A DNA stretch of 63,405 nucleotides, the filler included, from Octopus bimaculoides (Eukaryota), in assembly GCF_001194135.2 (NCBI RefSeq). It is 7 parts of 6 records of this genome, joined end to end, with 100 filler letters (N's around TTAATTAATTAA, not from the genome) between each part and the next. Parts side by side here need not be neighbours in the genome. Positions count along the whole stretch, not along the records: positions 1 to 29,408 come from NC_068981.1; 6 more parts are not named here. One strand, given 5' to 3'. The position numbers and the translations under genes were made by a program. The notes beneath the pieces were generated by a model. That model had not been told where the DNA came from and made no database searches. It saw nothing but the letters and a program-made list of their open reading frames with translations. Below, piece after piece: positions 12,718 to 22,629 of this stretch; the stretch's first letter is position 1, and the number at the start of each line of letters is the position of its first letter.

Positions 12718-13432
12718 CTACCTTCCATAACAAATATTCAAAAGCCCACAACAAAATGGATGAAACATTGTGCCACAGCACCATTTATTTCCAGGCTTAA
12801 GGAAGGCCCAAGTGCATTCCTCTTGTTGAGTGCTGTTAATAACATTTAAATCAATCTCCACAGATGTAAACTTGGTGGTACTTTGGTACTGGTCTCCAGA
12901 GTGGCTATAGTGCACAGTTGTCTCCCTTGCACAAGTACACTGAATGGTTGAATTCTGTTTCAAGAATCCCATATAACTTCTCATAGCTTTCTTTTGGAAT
13001 TTTCAGAAAATGTTTACAAATTTTCTCTCTACACATGGGAAGTTATATGACAATGAAAAAAATTTTTGTAATTTTTCAATATTTAAAAAAAATTTTTTTT
13101 TTTTTAATTTTTTTGAAGTTTTACAAAAATCATAGTTTAAAATAGAGACTGATTTTTCAACTTAAATCCCAGCAATGGATCATTAAATGTGTTTATGGGA
13201 AGAAAGATATTAAACAGAATGATAAATAAATGAGGACAGTATTTGGTGGTCGTGAGATGCGCTGAAAATATCAGCACAGAATCACACAAAATTTTATTTA
13301 TGTTTTGTTTTTCCATAATTGTATGAATTCCAGTGTGTAGAATACAAATTTGCAAAGATATTTCTGAATATTCCAAAGAATAAAGTAAGATATGAGGAGT
13401 TATATGGGATTCTTAAAGCAGAATTCTGCCAA
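12718..13432 (-). pseudogene. Probable paralogous Ig-like exon split by a MITE (reconstructed WQNSTIQCTCARETTVHYSHSGDQYQSTTKFTSVEIDLNVINSTQQEECTWAF...)
   Basis: Removing the insert between GAATTCTG direct repeats (12950-12957, 13421-13428) restores an open frame after the acceptor ttttacttattcag; shares W, TCA, H.G, ST, N.T.Q and TW.F motifs with exon 4 (by-eye alignment). Confidence 0.45.
12955..13421. mobile_element. MITE with ~110-bp TIRs inserted in the Ig-like pseudo-exon (solo arm at ~11790-11900)
   Basis: CTGTTTCAAGAATCCC / GGGATTCTTAAAGCAG ends; flanking duplication (AATT, or GAATTCTG depending on boundary choice). Confidence 0.75.
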
Positions 13433-13544
13433 CTGAATAAGTAAAAGCTAAAACATAATTCCCAAATGTTTAGATCAGTGCTCCACAACCTTTTTTCACT
13501 TATATTCTTTGCAAAATTCGGTGGCACACCTGAACTAGAAATAT

Positions 13545-14305
13545 GACTAATAGTATATTTATTTCATTATTTCATATGCCTTTAACCCCCCAACGCGGAG
13601 TATAGGCCACTTATAATTGAATTCCATGTCACATAATTTTTCACTTCTGTACTTATACTCTTCCGTGAATGTTCCCCTTTCTCTAGCACTTTTTGTGTTG
13701 ATTTACGCCACGAGTTCTTAGGCCTACCCCTCTTTCTATATCCATCCGGATTCCACTGTAAAGCACTTTTCCCTACATTTGGTGTGTCTTTTATAATAGT
13801 GCTACCAATCTACTTCCACATTTTCTTAAATATTTGCTCCCTAATCGAAACTTGATTTGTTCTTTGCCATAGTTCCATATTGCTTATGTGTTCGGGCCAT
13901 CTAATTTTAAGTATACTACATAAGCATCTGTTGATGAATGATTGTATTTGCTTATTTGACTTAACAGTTGTTCGCCATGTCTCAGCCCCATACAATAACA
14001 CCACTTTTACGTAAGTGTTAAAAATTCTTATTTTGTTCTTTATTGAAATTACACTCGCATCGTCTTAGAGCAAAGCGCAGAGTGGAATGCACCGCTTTAT
14101 ATTAATTTTATTGACTTCGAAAAAGCATTCGATAGTGTAGATAGGAAAGGCTTATGGAAAATTATGCAGCACTACGGCATACCAGACAAGTATATATCTA
14201 TAATAAGAGCAACTTACCAAGGAATGTCATGTCAAGTCTTGCATGAAAACGGAGCTACGGACAAATTCGAAGTAAAAACAGGAGTTCGACAGGACTATTA
14301 GTATA
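13545..14305 (-). mobile_element. RTE/BovB-like LINE insertion with 5' inversion and 13-bp TSD
   Basis: Minus 13560-14054 encodes the C-terminus (VLLYGAETW...RGRP); plus 14051-14293 encodes the RT core (RIVLEQ...FIDFEKAFDSVDR...GVRQ); flanks GACTAATAGTATA and GACTATTAGTATA. Confidence 0.85.
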
Positions 14306-14742
14306 GGGGAAAAAAAATTATATTCAGGTTACACTACGGGACACCAAGCATCATCTCATGGCACACCATTGTGCCACACTAAACCAGTTTTGGATACACA
14401 AATTGGGAATGAAATGTGTAAATAGAAATTAGCAACAAACAAGAAACTGCCCGGAGGGTGATCTTTCTGCTAGGATATGTAATACATCATTGTATGCATG
14501 GAGAACTGAGAATCAATATGACAACTTGTTTACATGCCTTGTGAGTGGATTTGGAAGGTGGAAACTGTGTGGAAACCCCTGGTCTAAATATATGTGTCTC
14601 TGTGTGTGGGTCTTTGTGTTTGTTCCCCCCAACACCACTTGAGTAGGGTTTTTGAAAAGATGATGCTAAACCAATGATGATGATGGTACTTATAATATGG
14701 AGGGAATTTAGCAGAAACCAAATATGCTAATGCAATCATTGA

Positions 14743-15340
14743 AATTAGAAAATTACTATTTTTAAAATCTCACAACATGAGATATTCAGCAACAGTACTT
14801 TGTAGTAAAGATTGTTTGCCAACATAACATGGCAGTCCTGGTTTAGGATGAATGTTGCTGTAATTTAGCCCCAGGAGACATCATCTCCAGCTGGCTATAC
14901 GACATGATCTGTGTCCTTATATTTTCAAACAAGGGAATCTAGCATCTCCACTCAGCTCAAAACAATATCTGTGTATCATGATTCCTGGGTTATTTCTCTT
15001 CATCAGCACAGAATAATTGTTCAGCTAGAGGTGGCGCTGCCAAATTCCCATTCGAAATATATAGTTTTCAAAGTGACAACTAGTCACTGATTTATAAATT
15101 AGAAAATTACTACTTTTAAAATCTCACAACGTGAGATATTCAGCAACAGTACTTTGGAGTAAAGATTATTCGCCAGCTGGAGATGATGTCTCCTGGGGCT
15201 AAATTACAGCAACATTAGTCCTAAACCAGGACTGCCATGTTATGTTGGCAAACAATCTTTACTACAAAGTACTGTTGCTGAATATCTCACGTTGTGAGAT
15301 TTAAAAAATAGTAATTTTCTAATTTATAGATCAGTGACTA
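14743..15340. repeat. Rearranged foldback/MITE (same family as the palindrome at 34116-34330)
   Basis: Arm 14743-14895 inverted at 15175-15340, plus a direct copy of the arm start at 15082-15172. Confidence 0.75.
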
Positions 15341-15849
15341 ACATATTTGACAACCTCAACATTTTATGTAAACTGAGGAAAAAAATTAGGTGAAAGGGGT
15401 TAAAAAGTCACATAGAAAGTATAATTCCAATTTGGGTACCAAACATTAAAACCAACTAAAATTGGGTAAAATCGATAGTTATTAACCCCCAATGTAATTA
15501 AACAAGTATAAAAACAGGAAACATAAAATGGACACAAAACCTAATAAATTTCTTGAAATAATTGATCTTAAATGCAATTTTTTTGTGGTGGGGGTATTTA
15601 GCTTATTTTATGGGGGTAAAAATCTGATTAGGAAGATCAGATTCTGCCGAAATTGAAGAAGGGCCATAACACAAGATAACAAAAAGAAAATATTCCCAAC
15701 AAATCCCTGGATTGAAACTTTACCATAGTCTACCCCCAACCCCGCAAAAAAAGGAAAAAATACAATGCAAACCAGAATCATTTGCACTAAATTGTGAAAA
15801 CTGATCATTTATTATTCACAACAAATATTTTAAGAGAAAGGTAACATTC

Positions 15850-16010
15850 TTATACTACATCCAGTGGATTGTGGTTAACACAAGTTTTGATCAAACTGAC
15901 AAAGAAGGTTATGAAAAGGATGACTACAAGGCCAAGTATGGAAGGGATTACTATGGGATAGATGGGTATGCTGGTTATATATAATTTAAAAAAATTTATT
16001 CAATATTTCT
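15850..16010 (-). pseudogene. Duplicated TM exon 5b: alternative terminal exon or pseudo-exon (KKY* then INFFKLYITSIPIYPIVIPSILGLVVILFITFFVSLIKTCVNHNPLDVV*)
   Basis: Strong acceptor tttttttcttgtttttcttag; phase 1 is in frame with a TM paralogous to 5a; TGA at 16002-16000; AATAAA at 15813-15808. Confidence 0.6.
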
Positions 16011-16136
16011 CTAAGAAAAACAAGAAAAAAATCCCAAAACATAGCATTCTTATACCATAACTGGTGGATTCTGGTATTTCTCATGAGATATCCACTGGAT
16101 GACACAGTGATAGATGGGTATTCGAATGTAATGATG

Positions 16137-16249
16137 CTATATGACAAAGATTATGAAAAGGATGGCTACAAATTCGAGTATGGAAAGAATGACTATGGGT
16201 ATGCTGGTTCCTGATCCATTAGCTTCGAAAACTGTTGTTGGTTCTTCAT
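16137..16249 (-). CDS. Ig-like membrane protein gene, terminal exon 5a: stalk plus TM ((N)EEPTTVFEANGSGTSIPIVILSILEFVAILFIIFVI*)
   Basis: gttttcttgttcatcttttgcag|ATGAAG; phase 1; ~21-aa hydrophobic helix then TAG at 16139-16137; AATAAA at 16000-15995. Confidence 0.8.
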
Positions 16250-16592
16250 CTGCAAAAGATGAACAAGAAAACATATACTTTTTGTTTTTAATAAAAGATA
16301 TTTATATCAACCAGGCTGAACCATTTTGATACCAGCCTGCTCAAAACTACTTTTGTTTCTATTGTACAAATTCCCTGTTCTAAAGAGATCTAAAGTAAAA
16401 CCTTCCATCAAAGCTTCAAATAAACTTGTGTTCCAAACACTAACTTAATAATGACAAGGTTATTTCTCTAAATTCTTTATAACTTGTCAATCTACTTCAT
16501 TTTTGGTAATATTTTATAGGATTGAGGAAACTTCTCCAGTAGGTATACAGAAGCATAAAAAAAGAAGAGTGCCATTGTTATCAAGTGAACGA

Positions 16593-16649
<57 letters not shown>

Positions 16650-17209
16650 CAATTAGGTGACAAGCTGGCTGAACCATTAGCTTGTCAAGCAAAATGCTAA
16701 GAGGCATTTCACCCATGTTTACGATCTGAGTTCAAATTCCGTTGGTGACACCTTCACTTGTCATCCTTCTGCGGTCAATGAAATAAGGACTAGTTGAGCA
16801 CTAGAGTCGATGTAATTGATTTAACTCCCTTCCCCGAAATTGCTGGCGTTGTGCCAAAATCTGAAACCATTATTATTAATTCCAAGTTGGGTGAAAGTTA
16901 TGAACATGGCAAGAGTGGATGATCTCACTCTGAGTGTAGACCTGTGAGTTGGAGAGTAGGAATTGAAGGGGACAGATGCCCTTGGTGTTCAAGGAGATCT
17001 TGGATGGTGAAATTCCTTGGTTATCCCTAGATACAACACTGTCATCTCTTTCTTTTTTCTTGTATTGTTGTATACTTCCCTTCTTTGTTTATTGTAAACC
17101 GTGTATATATTTTATTATCATTCCATAACATGTAAACTCCCTACACTTTATGTCTATCATTGTATTGTCCCCTCATCCTTAGCCTGTGTAGCAAATAAAG
17201 GAAACCATG

Positions 17210-17279
17210 ATCATCATCATCATTGTTTAACATTGGATATTTCTATCATTTTTTCCTTTGATAAAGGTAGCTTTTGCAC

Positions 17280-17320
<41 letters not shown>

Positions 17321-17370
17321 CCACCACCACCACCATCATCACCACCACCACCACCATCATCACCACCACT

Positions 17371-17429
<59 letters not shown>

Positions 17430-17440
17430 TATTATTATTA
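17210..17440. repeat. Compound (CAT/CAC/TAT)n microsatellite; similar tracts at 51920-52040, 58860-59060, and (AT)n, (GATA)n, (GT)n, (ATGT)n throughout 45860-61800
   Basis: Direct reading; these tracts explain the poly-I/M/D/H and YI/CV/HT ORFs. Confidence 0.95.
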
Positions 17441-17709
17441 GGGTGGTGAGCTGGCAGAATTGTTAGTGTGCCAGACGGAAAGCTTAGCAAAATTTCGCCC
17501 GTCTCTCTGTTCTGAGTTCAAATTCCACCGAGGTCAACTTTGCCTTTCATCCCTTCAGGGTTAATAAAATAAGTACCAGTTGAGTACTGGAGTCAATGTA
17601 ATTGACTCATCCCCTCCCCACAAATTGCTGCCATTGTGGCAAAATTTGAAACCATTATTATTATCATTATCATCATCATTATTATTATTATTATAAATCA
17701 TTTCCTTAC

Positions 17710-17958
17710 TGTTTCTCTCCAAATGAATTCTTCCACCGTTGACGTTATTGTCCTCGAAGTCCCAAGTCAAACATTGCTTAGTCACATTTCGGATGAAAAT
17801 AGTGGACATATTTCCATTATGCGTAACTTTTATATTTTTGTCTTCAGCGCATGTCAAGTCACATTCGTATTTAGCTGTTTTACATTTCCACCCCAAGGGT
17901 CTCATCATGTTTGGAATGTTTATAGAGAGGGTGACATCTCTTCCAAGTACAACATTTT
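17710..17958 (-). CDS. Ig-like membrane protein gene, exon 4: atypical Ig-like domain ((E)NVVLGRDVTLSINIPNMMRPLGWKCKTAKYECDLTCAEDKNIKVTHNGNMSTIFIRNVTKQCLTWDFEDNNVNGGRIHLERN)
   Basis: gatttctttatttcag|AAAATG...AAACA|gtaagg; 249 nt, phase 1 to 1, as typical for Ig-domain exons; Ig-like strand motifs V.LG.DVTL, a C-strand Trp and STIFIRNVT; sequons NMS and NVT. Confidence 0.88.
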
Positions 17959-18898
17959 CTGAAATAAAGAAATCACATAAGAAGATTACTGTGCAACCAC
18001 ATGGTTCTGGGTTCAGTCCCACTGCATAGCACCCTGGGCAAGCTTCTACTATAACCCTGGGGTTAACCAAAGCCTAGTTAGTGGATTTGGTAGACGGAAA
18101 CTATAAGAAGCCCATCATATGTGTGTGTGTGTGTGTGTGTATGTGTCATTGTGTCAGTGTTTGTGCCCCACCACTGTTTGGCAACCGGTGTTGGTGGGTT
18201 CACATCCCTATAACTTAGTGGTTCTGCAAAAGAGACCAATAGAATAAGTACCAGGCATAAAATAAGCACTCATCAGCAGGGTCGGCGTGTTGTGCTGACG
18301 CTGCTGATGAGTCTTTGGTGTTAAAACCGAAACCGTTGATGATCCAGGGATATCATGACTGCCACTCTCAGCCGTTTACAGTTGCTGCCAGTATGTATGT
18401 ATACAAGTGTGTGCATTGACTGCAGCACCAGAGCACTTTAGCTCTTATGTCTATGTATGTATGTATGTTATGATGTATACATATATATATTTGTTAAGGC
18501 GGTGAGCTGGGAGAATCGTTATCATGTCGGGTGAAATGCTAAATTTTAGCAAAATCCTATATGGACCCCCAACAGCCATCTCGACCCCAGATGAAAACCA
18601 CTGCTCAGTGGACTCCCCAATGCATGTTTCTCGCTCTTTAACCTTCATCAATGGGAAACGCCAAAGGGAGATAACCATGGACAGATTCAAAGCTGTAGCT
18701 TTATCTAAAGAACAATATCAGTGGTTGAGTTGTGCTAGTGAACTGCCTGGTCAGAATAAAAATATTTTTAAAAAGCCAAAAAAAAAAAAAAAACCCAAAA
18801 CAGTGACTAAAACTTGTGAGTTAAGAGAAAGAGATAGAAGACAAATTTGAAAAGACAGTTTAGTTTCAAGGGAGAAAAAAATTTGTAAATCCATTTAC

Positions 18899-18937
18899 CA
18901 CTTTGGATAATTTCATAACGTTTTGCTCTTGAGAAAC
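18899..18937 (-). CDS. Ig-like membrane protein gene, exon 3 ((C)FSRAKRYEIIQS)
   Basis: tttcttttcatctttttttcag|GTTTCTC...CAAAGTG|gtaaat; 39 nt, phase 1 to 1, open in the phase required by exons 2 and 4; completes the signal peptide (FSRA). Confidence 0.8.
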
Positions 18938-19116
18938 CTGAAAAAAAGATGAAAAGAAATATTTTTGATTTTCAGGTTTTACATTTGATCAACAGGATTG
19001 TTTACTATTTGTGTTACAATGATTAAATGATAATTAATTCTCGTAGATCTAATTACACATTATATACAGTGGCAGATTGAGAGAAGGCATTGAACATGTG
19101 GTTCTCGGTTCAAGCA

Positions 19117-19620
19117 TTAACCATTTAGCATTTAAACTGGCCTTGTCTGGCCTAAACGTTTCACGTTTTTTATGTCCAAACTGGTCCTCTCACACCTACC
19201 TTACAATGTCATTCTAAAACTAAACAATCATCAAAATTATCTACAAGATAATGAATGATTAATTCAAAACCTGTTGAATTAATAAGCATTATATTTGATA
19301 GATTAATCTGATTGCCAAATTGTTAATTCTTTAGTATTTAAACTTGCCATATCTACCCCAAATATTCTACCTGTTTTATGTTCAAATTGGCCAGATCCAG
19401 CCTATCACTCCTACCCTATAATGTCAGTCTAAAGATAAACAATCACATTATCAAAATGTTGTAAGAAGATAATGAATGATTAATTCAAAACAGTGTGAAT
19501 AAATGAACATTACACTTGACAGAGTGATCTGAACCTTGAATGATTAAACCAACCATATCTGGCCCATATTCAAATTTCTCAACTATCCTATAATGTCATT
19601 CTAAAATTAAATGTACAAAA
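19117..19620 (+). repeat. Tandem copies (~2.3 x ~210 bp) of a TTAA-flanked piggyBac-like MITE
   Basis: Repeated TTAGCATTTAAAC...ATGTCATTCTAAAA...TAATCTGA units. Confidence 0.55.
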
Positions 19621-20823
19621 CCAGTTGCGTAAAGAAGTACTGGTTTCTAACTGTGGAAGCAACCCATGGAAGAGGTTGACTTGGTAAGACCTGGGATGGG
19701 GTGGTGAAATATGATCTTTAAATGTTGAATTTCACAGAAGCGATGACAAGTGACCGAGACTTCTGACAATCTGCTGTACTTGAGAAGACATGACAACCTA
19801 AGTGAAATTGTGGATGTGGCCAGTGTTGGTGACATGTAAAAGACACCCCTGCTAGTGACACATAAGAGGTACCCATGCCTCTTTAAAAACACCCGGTAAA
19901 ATTTATGGAGTGGTTGGCATTAGAAAACCAGGCCAAAAGAAACTGCAGCTCTCCTGCTTATCAGTTCCACTCAAACCGTCTGACTCATGCCAAGAGAGAA
20001 AAGCAGTCGCTAAATGATGATGATGATGACAATGATGACGACATTGATGATATATATATATATATTTCTTTATTTGTAAATTAAGACTACTATTGGATTA
20101 TGATCATAGAAAAAAGACTCTGTCTGATGCAAACATGGAAAAGTAGACAGGCCATTCTCATGAAAGTTAAACCAGAACAGGCTTTCAAGATTTTTCAGAT
20201 TGCCTGGAGAAACCATTATATACCTGTAAAGGTATGTTCAAATGGGTCATATTTAGCCAGGTATAAATATTGTTACAATTTTTTCCAGATCTACACTGTT
20301 TGGAAGATATAGAAAATATTTATCTTGAAAATGTCACTTTTGTCATGCATTGGTAAATGAGAATTGTGACCACAGACATGGTTGTCCAGGAAACTCATAA
20401 TCATTTTCTTTTATTACAAAGTCAATGCAAATGAATATCAGGAGGCTTTATATGCTGCTGTAACAACATTCAGAGGAATTAGCTTTTAATATTTACAAGT
20501 CAAAAAAATTATTTTGTACAATGTCACATAAGCAACGATAAAATACTTTTGGGATTGTTACCAGTAAATTAAATTGATATTAATGAATAGAAGAACACAG
20601 ATTTTGTTTGAGGTTTTAAATACAAAACAAAACATTCCACTGTCAATAATTTATAGAAAAACAGTGACCGTTCAGTCACAGATGTTGCAAATAACTGGCA
20701 AACTCTTTACAAAATGAATATTAGTGATGGAAGCAATATCGATACAAAATGGCAATCTTCATATCTTACTTAATCTGGATGTATTTTAAAACATCTTGGG
20801 AGATGCTCTCATATAGATGTATA

Positions 20824-21410
20824 CAGTAATACCTCACTTTATGAGGATCCATTTTACAAGACTGTGAGTTTAGAAGTTTCATTTTTCAAGCACAACATCC
20901 AAATTTTGAATGACATGCAAAAGTTTCTACTATCATAACAGATGCTTTTGTTACTAAGAAATTTATAGAGAGCAAAAAACAAGCTTCATCTAAGCAAACA
21001 ACACCAAACTTGTTTTTAAAAAGAAATCTCCAAATTCTTCTACGTGTGCTTGTGAAACTACAAGGTTATCTACGAGTGCTTGTGAATCGGTAATAGCATC
21101 TATGAGTAATGGAGCACATGAGTCTAGCGTGAATGAAAGTGATTCAGAAAACAACTATAATAATAATATTTTTTATTATAAATGATCTTGACATTCTTTT
21201 TACTTTACTTAAAATATTCTTTACATTCTAGTGCTGTTTTATTGTCATTTATTTACGAGTATTATAAATTTTATAGGTAAAATATTTTTTCTGGGAATGA
21301 ATTACGATTTATAACATTGCAACTATCAGAAATTATTGCTCTGCTTTACGAGTTTTCGCTTTACAAGCTGTCTTCGGGAACAAATTAACTCGTATGTCTA
21401 GGCATTACTG
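20824..21410 (+). mobile_element. Tigger/pogo-like non-autonomous DNA transposon
   Basis: TA TSDs (20822-23, 21411-12); imperfect TIRs CAGTAATACCT / AGGCATTACTG; internal KQTTPNLFLK resembles a transposase C-terminus. Confidence 0.6.
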
Positions 21411-22140
21411 TAGTGCTTAAAAGGACATACATCTTTTACAGGTAACAATTGTCTGGCATGGGTGTCAGAACTGATAGATCACGTTTCGGTTAATAAATCT
21501 ATGTATTGTTATCCATGACATAAAAATGTTTTCACTACAATGATACAGTTCAACAGTTTATGAAGTAATTTTCATTTTGAGAATGACCATAGGGTGAATG
21601 GTCTGTCTAGCAGCATGACAGGCATTGTATACTTTCTTTCTATCAATCGAAAAGAATTGTGACAAACAACTTTCTGATGGAATCCTATTTCACCAGATGT
21701 GTGAGTGGTCAGTGTTTAGTTGATGACATCAATAATTGAGCAAATCACATTTGTGTTGATACAGTGAACGCATTCAGAAATATTGTTATTGTGAAAATTG
21801 AATCAATACAATTTTTGAAAACGTTCAAAATGTACCACATAGATATTTCGTAAATTGTGTTGCTGTCATGTATGCCATATGAAAATGGATCAGATGTCAA
21901 AAAACGAAAAAACAATGATGATGATGATGATACAAGCACTGTTGTAAAATTATTGTAACTATATTGATTAAAACCAAATAGATAACATATTTGTAAAAAC
22001 AAACATTAAAAACTTGCAGAAAAAATATTATTCTCCAAGTTAATGTAAATGATATTTGAAACAATTATTTTTAAAAAACTAAATGTTAAGGAAAAATGAT
22101 TTAAAAAACAAAACTTAAACAAAAACAAAATAAAACTTAC

Positions 22141-22186
22141 AAAAACACAATGCAAACCAAGAGAGCAAATTTCGAAGGTCCATGAT
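22141..22186 (-). CDS. Ig-like membrane protein gene, exon 2 (IMDLRNLLSWFALCF, signal peptide)
   Basis: ttatttttcag|ATCATGGAC...TGTTTTT|gtaagt; 46 nt, phase 0 to 1; hydrophobic signal-peptide-like sequence. Confidence 0.8.
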
Positions 22187-22502
22187 CTGAAAAATAATTT
22201 TGAAAGCATGAAAACTGACAGCCAGATCATGACTGATATAAGAAACTTTAAATATCTATTTTCACAATATTGTTAGCATGCCAGACAAAATGCCTATGAC
22301 TTGTGGAAATATAAGGCGTTTTTAAAAATTATTATTTTTTTTTTTACAAAAGGCTTCCCCCTAACTATTTTGAAGTTCATGGTGCAAAATAAAATCCAAA
22401 TGCAGCTACGGAAGAACACTTCAAGCAAGCCAGCAATCAGCTTCCAGCCATTGTTACTGTCTACCGCCATGTTTGGATTCCTCACATGAGAAAGAAACTT
22501 AC

Positions 22503-22517
22503 CAATTCACCTGCCAT
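22503..22517 (-). CDS. Ig-like membrane protein gene, first coding exon (MAGEL); the exon may extend upstream to 22530
   Basis: Minus strand reads AAAAATGGCAGGTGAATTG|gtaagt: good Kozak context and a consensus phase-0 donor, in frame with the next exon. A pyrimidine tract plus AG at 22532-22531 suggests an upstream non-coding exon. The Met at 22183 is an alternative start. Confidence 0.55.
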
Positions 22518-22629
22518 TTTTGGATACCTTCTTAAACAAGAAAAAAGAAAATTTTTCAGCGGACTGCAACACAGGTTTAGTGACTAAGAAAAAAAAAAAT
22601 TTGCATTTTATGTGCCAGTTTTGTGACTC

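Noticed and set aside
14999-15005. CTGATGA cores on the minus strand here and at ~62053
   Set aside because: No stem II plus GAAA follows, so no hammerhead can be drawn
15850-16215. Plus-strand Gly/Tyr/Asp/Lys-rich frames (DKEGYEKDDYKAKYG..., ORF 16141-16329) resembling a structural protein
   Set aside because: They are the antisense of the two TM-coding exons on the minus strand and have no start or splice support
20562-20639. Signal-peptide-like exon candidate MFCFVFKTSNKICVLLFINI
   Set aside because: Ends in phase 2, which gives a stop with exon 3; the 22186-22141 exon fits in phase
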